64,000 bases of DNA from Nitrospirota bacterium (GTDB lineage: Bacteria > Nitrospirota > Thermodesulfovibrionia > Thermodesulfovibrionales > JdFR-86). Both the position numbers and the translations under genes were made by a program. The stretch's first letter is position 1; each line of letters begins with the position of its first letter. Below, one piece after another: positions 1 through 9,150 of this stretch. The DNA lies in the NCBI GenBank assembly GCA_963721805.1, contig CAVRJY010000001.1, forward strand, positions 480,001 through 544,000, written 5' to 3'. The notes below the pieces were generated by a model. That model was not told where the DNA came from. It saw only the letters and a list, made by a program, of their open reading frames with translations, and made no database searches.

Positions 1-264
1 TTCTTGGTGTATATTGATTTCATGAGCATTATATGCACATATTTTATAAGCGGGACGGCGAAGCGATCTGGTCTCGCCGCCTGTTCGGATAATGGGCCAA
101 AAACCGCGCTTTTTATCCGAACATCCGAACATGAGACTCGCAAACAATTTAACGATTCCAATATGTTAGCCTCGTTTTTACGCCCGACATCCGAACAGAA
201 TCGGCAAAAACGCGCGCGCATGCGCGCGGAATGCGTAACTATACCTAAGCGCGGACATCCGAAC
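1..264 (+). repeat. Long-extension module of the dispersed repeat family (partial, truncated by window start)
   Basis: Colinear with the reverse complement of 18890-19228: shared TGGTGTATA, TGTTCGGATA, CGCTTTTTATCCGAACATCCGAACA, ACATCCGAACA and AAAACGCGCGCGC blocks; abuts the ATGCCGTTGACC tail. Confidence 0.8.
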
Positions 265-438
265 ATGCCGTTGACCACGTGGGGCGCGGGGGGCCTCCTT
301 CGTCCGTGCCCCCCGAAAGCGCGCCCAAATCGGCTTCAGACAAGGCAGGGCGAGAAGACCGCCCGATGGTGTACTGTGACGTACATAGAGGGCGAGTCTT
401 CGCAGCCCAACGACGTATCAAGCGATTTGGAGCGCTTT
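265..438 (+). repeat. Nested-hairpin repeat copy 1 (tail ATGCCGTTGACC, G-rich/C-rich arm, core 316-438)
   Basis: Core AAAGCGCGCCCAAATCG...CGATTTGGAGCGCTTT, near-identical to the copies at 17129, 18718, 20731 and 33159. Confidence 0.95.
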
Positions 439-636
439 CAAATCCGTATGACTATGTCATTGAAGGAGGCTTGCGGTAATTATTATACTATTGACTATAT
501 GAACGAACCCTGATCCATCTGCTAATTATAGCCGTGTGCTGTTCTGCAGCCTCCCCGTACTTGGGCGGCTGATTGCCGTTCAGAGATTTCCGACGCCACA
601 GGTACCTACTCCCTCTGCGGTGACAGTAAAGCTACC

Positions 637-1281
637 GTGGTGCTCGTCGGAGATAAGCGCATCCCTATCGCCGTTCCCGCGACCGGTATCATGACATCTA
701 TGAGGCCCGGCCTCCTGTTGGTCTATTGGCAGTCCTTCACCCCCGAGCGGATCGGCATGGACGTGGACTACGCGCTCTATACGCTTGACGTCGCCTCGGG
801 CGAGCTTAAGAAGGTCTACTCCGAAAGCCGCATAGGTTACGGCCGCAGGTTCAAGCCCTCGGCATACAGGGGCTGGGCCGGCGCATCGCCGACCGCTACC
901 GATGCCCTGCTCGTGGACTTTGTCGTCCCGCCGAACATTCCGCCCCACATGAGCTTCATCGCGGTCGATTACCTTACGGGCAAATTTCGCGAACTCGGCC
1001 GCTCTGACGAGCTCGGCATATCGCCAGAGGCCACATGGAGCCCCGACGGCAGCGCCGTCGCGTTTCAGATCGGGGCCGTGGCCGGGCGGTATCTAAGCCT
1101 CAATACGGATACCGGCGAGATCACGCAGCTGGACGCGAAGCCTCCTATTGGCCCTGCCGTAGGCCCCGAGGCGAAGGCTAAGATCCTGAAGCTCAAGGGC
1201 CTGCTGATGGACGGACTGATAGGTGCGGACGAGTACCGCGCGAGGCGGCTAAAGCTGATAGAAGCGGGCGGGGCGCGATGA
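637..1281 (+). CDS. Exported TolB/WD40-like beta-propeller protein with C-terminal SHOCT-like tail; true start probably near 499 (signal peptide disrupted by indels)
   Basis: ATWSPDGSAVAF propeller motif; C-terminal KILKLKGLLMDGLIGADEYRARRLKLI; frame is open upstream to about 532, and a hydrophobic RTLIHLLIIAV lies in an adjacent frame. Confidence 0.6.
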   Translation: MVLVGDKRIPIAVPATGIMTSMRPGLLLVYWQSFTPERIGMDVDYALYTLDVASGELKKVYSESRIGYGRRFKPSAYRGWAGASPTATDALLVDFVVPPNIPPHMSFIAVDYLTGKFRELGRSDELGISPEATWSPDGSAVAFQIGAVAGRYLSLNTDTGEITQLDAKPPIGPAVGPEAKAKILKLKGLLMDGLIGADEYRARRLKLIEAGGAR

Positions 1282-2561
1282 GGCTGCTGGCCCTCGCTCT
1301 GATACTCGCCTTCTCGGCGACCGCATACGCGGCCGATCCGTGCCTGAAGTGCCATGAAGAGAAGACCCCGGCGGTCGTCGCCATCTGGCGGGCGAGCGCG
1401 CACTTTGGGGCCTCCGTCGGCTGCGCGGACTGCCACGGCACCGACAGGGAAGCAGCTCACGCGGGCCGCGCGAAGGTCGATAGCGCGAAGTGCGGGGCGT
1501 GCCACGAAAAACAGCTCGCATCGCAGGGGCTCGGCAAGCACGCGATGGGGCTCAGATCCGGCCGGGGCTGCACGCGCCGAAGCCCGGAGACGCCAGCCCA
1601 GAAGCGAAGCTGCGCGCTCTGCCACAAGGCCGGTACTGACGTGCCCTATGTCGAGACCTCGTGCGCGATGTTTCTGGCCCAGAGCCCCGAGATGCAGCGG
1701 CAGGGCTGCGGCGCATGCCACCGCGTAGAGACCGGCTGTGACGCCTGCCACACCAAGCACTCGACCGACTTGCGGACCGCGAGCGATCCCCGCACCTGCG
1801 GCATCTGCCATATGGGCCCGGATCACCCGCAGTACGAGGCGTGGTCCGCCTCGGTGCACGGCGTGCTCTACGCAGCCAAAACGCCCGGGGCCGAGGCCCC
1901 GACCTGTGTGACCTGCCATATGGCCGGCGGGAGCCATAACGTCAGCGAGGGCATCGCGACCGGCCGCGAGACCTGCGCCGCCGAGCGCGAGACGATGCTC
2001 AAGAGGTGCGAGACCTGCCATGCCGGATCGTTCGCGAGGCGGAGCCTCGAGGACGCGGACAAGATAGCCCTGCAAGGGCAGGGACTCGTCAACGAGGCCC
2101 ACGACATAGTGGCCGCGCTTGCCGCGGAGGGCCTGCTCGTGCCGAGCCCGGCTGACCGCCCGCCGCACCCGCTCGAGGGCAAGTCCCTCGTCCTCGGGCC
2201 CCAGATGATCTATGAGAACCTCTCGGGGGCCGAGGCCCTGTACTTCAGGCTCGCGAGGTTCTATTACCCCACGATGTTCAAGTCCGCCTTCCACCAAAGC
2301 CCGGACTACGCCCACTGGTACGGAAACGCGATGCTAAAGCTCACGCTCTCGGAGCTTAAGAGCGAGGCCGCATCGCTTAGGGAGACCGCGAAGCTCGCCC
2401 GCCGCATCGACAACCTCTCGGGGCCGCTCGGGACCGCGCCTTCCGCAGACGGGCTCAGGGCCGAACTGCGCGCCCTCAAAGACCGCTTTCTGCGCGGCGA
2501 TATCACGGAGCGGGACTACAAGCGGCGCGTATCTGAGCTGCTTGACAGGCATGGGTACTGA
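1278..2561 (+). CDS. Multiheme cytochrome c, hydroxylamine oxidoreductase (HAO)-like, 9 CxxCH motifs, C-terminal SHOCT-like tail
   Basis: Signal peptide; CLKCH, CADCH, CGACH, CALCH, CGACH, CDACH, CGICH, CVTCH, CETCH; HAO-family signatures CGICHMGPDHPQYEAW, APTCVTCHM and FHQSPDYAHWYG. Confidence 0.85.
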   Translation: MRLLALALILAFSATAYAADPCLKCHEEKTPAVVAIWRASAHFGASVGCADCHGTDREAAHAGRAKVDSAKCGACHEKQLASQGLGKHAMGLRSGRGCTRRSPETPAQKRSCALCHKAGTDVPYVETSCAMFLAQSPEMQRQGCGACHRVETGCDACHTKHSTDLRTASDPRTCGICHMGPDHPQYEAWSASVHGVLYAAKTPGAEAPTCVTCHMAGGSHNVSEGIATGRETCAAERETMLKRCETCHAGSFARRSLEDADKIALQGQGLVNEAHDIVAALAAEGLLVPSPADRPPHPLEGKSLVLGPQMIYENLSGAEALYFRLARFYYPTMFKSAFHQSPDYAHWYGNAMLKLTLSELKSEAASLRETAKLARRIDNLSGPLGTAPSADGLRAELRALKDRFLRGDITERDYKRRVSELLDRHGY

Positions 2562-2739
2562 GGGGCCGTGAGGGCTCCGGAGGCATATCCCTTGACACGG
2601 AGAGCTTAATATGATTAGATGGATACTGTCGCCCCCCTTGACAGGGGGATTTTCTTTATGATTAGATTGTTGTGCTGAGTTTGAGGCATAATAGATCATC
2701 AAAGGCAAAATCCGTTAACGAAAGGGGGTGAATACAACA

Positions 2740-3045
2740 ATGAAGAAGGCAACCATTCTCCTTACGCTCATCATCGCCCTTGCGTTCGTGGCGACCGCTT
2801 TTGCCGTCCCGCCCGGGAAGACCGTAGAGTTCGAGTCCCCGATGGGAAAAGTAATATTCGACGGCACGGTTCACGCTAACGCTGGCAAGAAGTGCGCCGA
2901 CTGCCATCCCGGAATCTTCCAGATGAAGAAGGGTCCGCTTGGCATGAAGGCCCCGCACCAGCCGGGCAAGTACTGCGGTACCTGCCACGACGGCAAGACC
3001 GCGTTCGAGCAGAAGACCAACTGCGCGAAGTGCCACAAGAAGTAA
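2740..3045 (+). CDS. Small periplasmic triheme cytochrome c (c7/c3-like)
   Basis: SD-like AAGGGGGTG, signal peptide MKKATILL..AFA, CADCH/CGTCH/CAKCH. Confidence 0.9.
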   Translation: MKKATILLTLIIALAFVATAFAVPPGKTVEFESPMGKVIFDGTVHANAGKKCADCHPGIFQMKKGPLGMKAPHQPGKYCGTCHDGKTAFEQKTNCAKCHKK

Positions 3046-3063
3046 TTTACCGGATAAAAAGAT

Positions 3064-3104
3064 AAAAGGCGGGCCGCCCGTAAAAAGGCGGTTCGCCTTT
3101 TCTT
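3064..3104 (+). terminator. Bidirectional intrinsic terminator
   Basis: AAAAGGCGGGCCGCC-loop-GGCGGTTCGCCTTTT between convergent genes. Confidence 0.75.
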
Positions 3105-3122
3105 TATCAGCGCGGGCGCGTT

Positions 3123-3296
3123 TTATGCCCGGTTGCAGGAGCGCATGGATATCTTCGCCCAGGTCTCCTCGTCGATCTCATCCAGGTAATCCGATAGGGG
3201 GTATGATCTGCCGCATCCCGTGCAGCGGAAGTACGTCGAGCTTCAGCCGAACCGGAGCGAGACCTCGGCCTCGCAATGTTTGCATTTCAGGTTCAT
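3123..3296 (-). CDS. Small dual-CXXC selenoprotein (57 aa, UGA=Sec at codon 18); absent from the ORF track
   Basis: Manual translation MNLKCKHCEAEVSLRFG-U-SSTYFRCTGCGRSYPLSDYLDEIDEETWAKISMRSCNRA; TGA at 3245-3243 between two CxxC motifs; downstream hairpin GCTGCA-CGGGA-TGCGGC. Confidence 0.8.
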
Positions 3297-3327
3297 GTCA
3301 GAGGGGAAGCCACCGAAGGAGCAGCCA

Positions 3328-3528
3328 CTAGGAGGGTTTGACCTCTTTGCTGTCGGTCTCTATGCGCTTGGCGTCGGCCTCTGGGTCGTCCTTGATCGCC
3401 TTCTTGAACTCCCTGATGCTCTTACCCAGGCCGGAGCCCAGTTCCGGGAGTTTTCCGGGGCCGAAAATCAACAGCACTATGGCGAGTATCACGAGCAGGT
3501 GCATCGGCTGCAGCAATCCTTCGAACAT
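3328..3528 (-). CDS. tatA: Twin-arginine translocase subunit TatA
   Basis: [43 protein letters not shown] upstream. Confidence 0.92.
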   Translation of the reverse strand: MFEGLLQPMHLLVILAIVLLIFGPGKLPELGSGLGKSIREFKKAIKDDPEADAKRIETDSKEVKPS

Positions 3529-3596
3529 AAGCGTGGCCTCCTTTCGACCTAATTTAACTCTACCGGAAACCGGGGGTCCTTTGCAAGGGGGCGCCA

Positions 3597-3674
3597 CGGG
3601 GGGCCGACTGGCCCCCTTCCCTATTCGCGGGGTCACGGACCCCTCTCACTATTCGCGCCATAGCGCTCATCTCT
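3597..3674 (+). repeat. Second repeat type: hairpin-linker module
   Basis: GGGGCCGACTGGCCCC / CTATTCGC / GGGGTCACGGACCCC / TCTCACTATTCGC / GCCATAGCGC; near-identical to 15059-15136. Confidence 0.85.
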
Positions 3675-3699
3675 ATAATAATATCGTTGATCTCTCCTG

Positions 3700-4578
3700 C
3701 TAGGGTGCCATAACTATGAGCACGAACCCCGCGAACATCATCAGCGCCCCGAGGATGCGTTCCCTGAACTCCCCCTCGTGGAAGACCAGCCTGCCGAGCA
3801 CCACGCTCATAAGCAGGCTCGTGCGCTTGACCGATACGACGTACGCGACCTTGGCCATCTCAAACGCGATCATGTTGGTCACGCACATCACGGCCATCAA
3901 CACGCCGGAGATCACGAGCAGCCAGACGTACCGCCCATGCACCTGTGGGGCTGGGATGCCGCGCCTCCTCATGCCCGCGACGCCCAGCGGCGCGTATATC
4001 GCAGCCAGCACGATGTAGTAGGCCGAGCCGAAGAAGACCCCGCTCGAATGCAGGATCGCGACCTTGCACAGCGAGGCGGTCACGCTGTATAGCGCGGCCA
4101 CGCCGATCATCATCCAGATGCCGCGCTCGCGCCCTATCGCCCTAAACGGGCCCAGGAGCCCCCCGGCCCTGCCGATGTTCAGCACGTAGCCCCCGGCCGC
4201 GATCAGCCCGATCCCCCCAAGCCCCATCGCGGAGCTTATGGTCTCGCCGGTGATGACGTAGCCGACCCCTATCAGGAATACCGGGGTGAGGGCCTGAAAC
4301 GGCGTCGTGATCCCGATGGGCGAGATCTGCAGCGCCTTGTTGTACAGGTAGTAGGCCGCGAACTCAAACGGCAGCGCTGCGGCCACCGCGAGGTAGAACG
4401 TCCTGTCAACCTGCGGCCATTTGATCACTACTAGCAACACCGCGAGCACCGGGGCCGAAAACAGCAGCCTGAGCCAGCCAGCCGCGAGGTCGTCCGCCCC
4501 GCGGCGCATCGCCTCCTTTGCCGCGGCGTCCGAGAGCGCGAGCGTCAGGGCGCATATGAGCGATACCAGTACCCACAT
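3700..4578 (-). CDS. DMT/EamA family transporter
   Basis: About ten hydrophobic segments with two EamA-like halves. Confidence 0.85.
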   Translation of the reverse strand: MWVLVSLICALTLALSDAAAKEAMRRGADDLAAGWLRLLFSAPVLAVLLVVIKWPQVDRTFYLAVAAALPFEFAAYYLYNKALQISPIGITTPFQALTPVFLIGVGYVITGETISSAMGLGGIGLIAAGGYVLNIGRAGGLLGPFRAIGRERGIWMMIGVAALYSVTASLCKVAILHSSGVFFGSAYYIVLAAIYAPLGVAGMRRRGIPAPQVHGRYVWLLVISGVLMAVMCVTNMIAFEMAKVAYVVSVKRTSLLMSVVLGRLVFHEGEFRERILGALMMFAGFVLIVMAP

Positions 4579-4647
4579 GGGACATATTACATGATGACGG
4601 AAAGGGAAGGGGGCCAATCGGGCTCCCACTTATGTTATTTTATTGCT

Positions 4648-6063
4648 ATGAGCGAGACTGATTTTAAGGCCGCATCGGTGATCGTCGTTGGCGACGCGAT
4701 GGTCGACAAGTACCTGATCGGACGCGTCAGAAGGCTCTCGCCCGAGGCCCCGGTGCCTATAGTCGAGGTAGGCCGCACCGTGCTCGCCCCTGGGGGCTGC
4801 GCCAACGTCGCCAACAATGTAGTGCACCTGAGGGCCCGCGCCCACCTCGTCTGTGCGGCAGGCCGGGACGCCGGGCGCGCTGACCTGGAGCGCATGCTCG
4901 GCGAGCGCAAGATCGACCACACGCTCATCGACGCCGGGCTCCCGACGACCACCAAGGTCCGCGTCATAGGCGACCGCCAGCAGATGATCCGCCTCGACTT
5001 CGAGGAGGTCGCCCCGATAGACGACGCCTCTACCGAGGGCATCGCGGCCGCGGCCGAGGCGCTCATGGCCGGCGCTGGCGTGCTCGTGATCTCCGACTAC
5101 GGCAAGGGCGTATGCACCCCCGAACTCACCGCCCGGCTCATAGCAGCGGCTAACAGACGGGCCATACCCTCTATCGTCGACCCCAAGGGCACGGACTGGA
5201 TGAAGTACGCCGGGGCGACCATAGTGACCCCGAACCTCAAGGAGCTCGGGCGCGTCATGGGCGTGGAACTCAAGAACGAGGACGCGACGGTCGATGCCGC
5301 CGGGCGCGACGCCATAACTCGCTTCGGGCTTAAGACCCTGCTGGTCACGAGATCCGAGCGCGGGATGACGCTCCTGAGCCCGGACGGCGGCTGCCTGCAC
5401 GTCCCGGTCGAGGCGCGCGAGGTCTTCGACGTCTCCGGCGCGGGGGATACCGTGGTCGCAACGCTCGCCGTAGCTCTGGCATCCGGCATCGACATGCCCC
5501 ACGCGGTGAAGCTATCGAACAAGGCCGCCGCTATAGTGGTCGGGAAGTCCGGCACCGCGCCTATCGAGTACGAAGAACTCATGGACTCGGCGCGCGGCGC
5601 GAGCAGAAAGCGCATGACGCTCGAGCGTCTGATCTCGCGCGCCGCGGAGCACCGGCGCGGCGGGGACAAGATCGTATTCACGAACGGCTGCTTCGATATA
5701 CTGCACAGGGGGCATGTCTCGCTCCTGAGGGAGGCCAAGAAGCTCGGCGACGTGCTCGTGGTGGGGATCAACTCCGACCGCTCGGTGCGCTCATTGAAGG
5801 GCGAGGGCCGCCCTGTCAATACCGAGGAGGACCGCGTGGAGCTATTGGCGGGACTGGAGTTCGTGGACTACGTCGTGGTCTTCGACGAGGAGACGCCGGA
5901 GAATATACTGCGGGCGCTCAGGCCGGAGGTGCTCGTCAAGGGCGGCAATTACGCGGTCGAGCAGGTAGTGGGCAGGGAATTCGCAGGCCGCACCGTAATC
6001 GTCCCAATGCTCGAAGGTTACTCGACTACCCGCATCATAAGTGCCATCCGAGAAGATACGTAA
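4648..6063 (+). CDS. hldE: Bifunctional heptose 7-phosphate kinase / heptose 1-phosphate adenylyltransferase
   Basis: LSPEAPVP, DVSGAGDTV, VFTNGCFDILHRGH, LVKGG motifs. Confidence 0.95.
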   Translation: MSETDFKAASVIVVGDAMVDKYLIGRVRRLSPEAPVPIVEVGRTVLAPGGCANVANNVVHLRARAHLVCAAGRDAGRADLERMLGERKIDHTLIDAGLPTTTKVRVIGDRQQMIRLDFEEVAPIDDASTEGIAAAAEALMAGAGVLVISDYGKGVCTPELTARLIAAANRRAIPSIVDPKGTDWMKYAGATIVTPNLKELGRVMGVELKNEDATVDAAGRDAITRFGLKTLLVTRSERGMTLLSPDGGCLHVPVEAREVFDVSGAGDTVVATLAVALASGIDMPHAVKLSNKAAAIVVGKSGTAPIEYEELMDSARGASRKRMTLERLISRAAEHRRGGDKIVFTNGCFDILHRGHVSLLREAKKLGDVLVVGINSDRSVRSLKGEGRPVNTEEDRVELLAGLEFVDYVVVFDEETPENILRALRPEVLVKGGNYAVEQVVGREFAGRTVIVPMLEGYSTTRIISAIREDT

Positions 6064-6084
6064 TCGATAATCGCCCCCTCTTTC

Positions 6085-6249
6085 AAAGCGCGCTAAACTC
6101 GCGTGATACTGCGTCAGGGCTTCAAAGACGCGCCCTCGGAGTACGTCTCAGTACACCGTCGGGCGGTCTCCTCGCCCTTCCTTGTCTGACGCGCTTTATC
6201 GCGCTTTAAATTTCAACTGCCTAATCGTGCGAGCGGTCAACGGCATTGA
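6085..6249 (-). repeat. Nested-hairpin repeat copy 2 (subtype B)
   Basis: AAAGCGCGCTAAA...TTTATCGCGCTTT followed by GGTCAACGGCATTGA; near-identical to 30987-31160. Confidence 0.9.
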
Positions 6250-6300
6250 CTTTATCCAGCGTTGGTGCGAAAATCGGACATATTCCAAGGAGGAATTAAT

Positions 6301-6876
6301 ATGAAGGTTATAGCGATCAACGGAAGCAGCCGCAAGGGCGGCAACACCGCAACGATGATAAATACCGTATTCGAGCGGCTAAACGCCGAGGGCATCGAGA
6401 CCCGGATGATCGAGCTTGCGGGCAGGGCGCCGCAGGGCTGCATAGGGTGCTTTAAGTGCTTCGAGAGCAAGGACAGGCGCTGCGCGGTGAAGGGCGATAT
6501 CGTTAACGACTGCATCGAGGCGATGCTCGCCTCAGACGGCATACTGCTGGGCTCGCCCACGTACTTCGCGGACATGTCGGCCGGGATGAAGGCGTTAATC
6601 GAGCGGGCCGGGATGGTCTCGCGCGCAAACGGCTGGATGTTCAAGGGCAAGGTAGGCGCTTCTATCGCGGTCGAGCGCAGGGCCGGGGCGACCTCCGTGC
6701 TCAGCTCTATGAACTTCTTCTTCCTGCAGGCCCAGATGGTCATGCCGGGCTCGTCGTACTGGAACCTCGGCGAAGGGAGGAACCCCGGAGAGTTCAGCGC
6801 GGACCAGGAAGGCATCGAAACCATGCGCAACTTAGGCGACAATTTCGCCTGGGTTCTTAAAAAGCTCAACTCTTAA
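6301..6876 (+). CDS. Iron-sulfur flavoprotein / flavodoxin family (NADPH-dependent FMN reductase)
   Basis: INGSSRKGGNT, CIGCFKC..C, GSPTYF; SD AAGGAGG. Confidence 0.9.
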   Translation: MKVIAINGSSRKGGNTATMINTVFERLNAEGIETRMIELAGRAPQGCIGCFKCFESKDRRCAVKGDIVNDCIEAMLASDGILLGSPTYFADMSAGMKALIERAGMVSRANGWMFKGKVGASIAVERRAGATSVLSSMNFFFLQAQMVMPGSSYWNLGEGRNPGEFSADQEGIETMRNLGDNFAWVLKKLNS

Positions 6877-6888
6877 GGGGGCGGTTCT

Positions 6889-7062
6889 AAAGCCGAGCTA
6901 AATCGCTTGATGCGTTGTCGCGGCGTCGGAAATCCGTCCTCGATGTACGCCTAAGTACACCGTCGGACGTTTTCCTCGCCGATTCTAGCCTCAAGACGAT
7001 TTATCGCGCTTTAGTGTGGCCCCTGCCTGATCGCGCGAGTGGTCAACGGCATTGATTAGAGC
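6889..7062 (-). repeat. Nested-hairpin repeat copy 3 (divergent, compensatory changes)
   Basis: Same nested stems with GGAAATCCGTCC/GGACGTTTTCC; tail GGTCAACGGCATTGATTAGAGC. Confidence 0.85.
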
Positions 7063-7178
7063 GGCCTAATTGCTGCCGCCCCGTGGAAGTGTGTCAATAG
7101 GAGTTCATCATTTCAAATAAATAGGCTGTACTGTTATTCCCTATATAATTTCAGAGAACGGGGGTGAGGTAAACGCTA

Positions 7179-7415
7179 TTATCCGGAAGAGTTAATTTTC
7201 CTTCTTGCCATGTCCACTACACGGTGGACGTCTCCAAGACATCACTTTCCGAGAGGATTAGTAAGGTGACAGTGACAGGCACCTTTCTGTTTCTCGGCTT
7301 TTATTCTGTTTAGGATAGAAGATTCGCCATTATTGGCAATAACATCGGCCTCGATATCGGATTCCGTATATCCGAAGCAGTAGCAAATTTGCTTATTTTC
7401 CTTGAGCAGCTTCAT
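7179..7415 (-). CDS. BFD/CopZ-like [2Fe-2S]-binding small selenoprotein (78 aa, UGA=Sec at codon 58); absent from the ORF track
   Basis: Manual translation MKLLKENKQICYCFGYTESDIEADVIANNGESSILNRIKAEKQKGACHCHLTNPLGK-U-CLGDVHRVVDMARRKINSSG; TGA at 7244-7242 occupies the first Cys of the NPxGxCC motif; downstream hairpin GTCCAC-CGTGTA-GTGGAC. Confidence 0.85.
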
Positions 7416-7466
7416 GCATGATTATAACATGGCCCAATCATACCAACAAAATTTGGCCTCTTTTCA

Positions 7467-7750
7467 CTAACTATAGTTAACCAAAAAATTCACGCGCATC
7501 AATTTTTCCTATGAACCTCGGTTTATATATAAACCGTAGGTTATCACTTTTTTCATTGGGGGCGCGGGGGGTCGGCGGCGGAGCCGCGTTAACCCCCGAA
7601 AGCGAGCCGCAATCGGCTTCAGACAAGGGGGACGGTTGGCCCCAGTCTTTTAGGCGAGGTGCCCGTGGCACCCCGATGGTGTACAGTGACGCACATGGAG
7701 GGCGAGGCTTCGAAGTCAACGAAGTATCAAGCGATTTGGTGCGCTTTGAA
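7467..7750 (+). repeat. Nested-hairpin repeat copy 4 (subtype C, core 7599-7747) with shortened extension including the palindrome at 7514-7542
   Basis: TTTTTCCTATGAACCTCGGTTTATATATAAACCGTAGGTTATC shared with 32798-32841; core ends GTATCAAGCGATTTGGTGCGCTTT. Confidence 0.85.
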
Positions 7751-7824
7751 AGAGGAAGCGTTGACATTACCAGAGAAGCTTGCTTTAATTAACGGTACAT
7801 TCCAGTTCACAGGAGGCTATTAAC

Positions 7825-8595
7825 TTGGCGATAAAGGTGGGCATTATTGGCGGTTCCGGCATGGACGATCCGAAACTGCTAAAAGACAAGAAGGATAAGG
7901 CCGTCAAGACCCCCTGGGGCGCGCCCTCGTCGAACCTCTCCATAGGGACGATTGGCGGCGTGGCGGTCGTAATACTGGCGCGCCACGGCAAGGACCACTC
8001 GATCTACCCGACCGGCGTGAACTTCCGCGCCAACATCAGCGCGCTTCAGGCCGAGGGGGTCACGCACATACTCGCGACCACTGCCGTCGGCTCGCTACGG
8101 GAGAAGATCAAACCCGGAGACCTCGTCTTCCCGGACCAGTTCATCGACCACACGAAGCTCCGGGCGCTTACGTTCTTCGACAAAAACAAGGTCGTGCACA
8201 CCCCGATGGCGGACCCGTTCTGCGCCGCGCTCAGGAAGATCCTCATCGACTGCGCAAAGTTGCTGAAGCTCCGCCATCACAGGCAGGGCACCGTGATCAC
8301 GATTGAGGGCCCGAGGTTCTCGACGCGCGCAGAGTCGCACATGTTCCGGCAGTGGGGCGCGGACGTGATCAACATGTCCACGGTGCCCGAGGTCTCTCTG
8401 GCGCGTGAGGCCGGGATATGCTACCAGTCCATCGCGATGTCCACGGACTACGACTGCTGGAAGGAAAACGAGGAGCCCGTGACCTGGGAGATGGTGCTGG
8501 GCACGATGAACCGCAACGCGGAAAACGTGCGCAAACTGTTAGTGAAGGCCCTGCCGCACATAACCGATACCCGCTGCTGCTCCGGCGGCCACTGA
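7825..8595 (+). CDS. mtnP: S-methyl-5'-thioadenosine phosphorylase
   Basis: GIIGGSG, LARHG, IEGPRFSTRAES, INMSTVPE, TDYDCW. Confidence 0.93.
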   Translation: MAIKVGIIGGSGMDDPKLLKDKKDKAVKTPWGAPSSNLSIGTIGGVAVVILARHGKDHSIYPTGVNFRANISALQAEGVTHILATTAVGSLREKIKPGDLVFPDQFIDHTKLRALTFFDKNKVVHTPMADPFCAALRKILIDCAKLLKLRHHRQGTVITIEGPRFSTRAESHMFRQWGADVINMSTVPEVSLAREAGICYQSIAMSTDYDCWKENEEPVTWEMVLGTMNRNAENVRKLLVKALPHITDTRCCSGGH

Positions 8596-8608
8596 GAAAG
8601 AGGATGCA

Positions 8609-9142
8609 ATGCCGATAAAATCGAAGATTCGCACCGTGCCGCACTACCCCAAGAAGGGGATCATGTTTAGGGATATCACGACGCTCATTAAGGACCCTGT
8701 CGGGTTCCGCCTGATGATCGACACCATCACGCAGCACGTGATCGAGGCCAGGCTACAGTTCGACGTGATCGTCGGGATCGAGAGCCGCGGGTTCATCATG
8801 GGCGGCGCGTTGGCATATACCTTGGGCAAGGGGTTTGTTCCCATAAGGAAAAAGGGGAAGCTCCCGGCCAAGACCGTGCAGCAGGAGTACCAGCTTGAGT
8901 ATGGCACCGACACTATTGAGATCCATAAGGACGCGATCAAGAAGGGCCAGCGGGTCCTGCTCGTAGACGACCTGCTCGCCACCGGCGGGACCGCGCTGGC
9001 CTCGGCCGCGCTGATCGAGAAGCTCGGCGGCAGGATCGTCGAGATGCTCTTCATCGTCGACCTGCCGGACGTGGGCGGCGCCAAGAGGATCAAGGCCAAG
9101 AAGTACAAGATGTTCGCGCTGACGGAGTTTGAGGGCGACTGA
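8609..9142 (+). CDS. apt: Adenine phosphoribosyltransferase
   Basis: GIMFRDITTL, GIESRGF, LVDDLLATGGT. Confidence 0.96.
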   Translation: MPIKSKIRTVPHYPKKGIMFRDITTLIKDPVGFRLMIDTITQHVIEARLQFDVIVGIESRGFIMGGALAYTLGKGFVPIRKKGKLPAKTVQQEYQLEYGTDTIEIHKDAIKKGQRVLLVDDLLATGGTALASAALIEKLGGRIVEMLFIVDLPDVGGAKRIKAKKYKMFALTEFEGD

Positions 9143-9150
9143 GGGGTGCG

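Noticed and set aside
4..513. ORF 4..513 and its look-alike 18777..19142 (shared CSD..LFIRTSE)
   Set aside because: The similarity follows from the DNA repeat motifs. Frames differ on entering the core, and the copy at 32751 lacks the motif, so these are treated as non-coding repeat.
8593..8595. TGA after ..RCCSGGH of mtnP (and after ..CNCGH of znuC) as selenocysteine
   Set aside because: These are full-length proteins with the next gene starting immediately; no conserved continuation after the stop.
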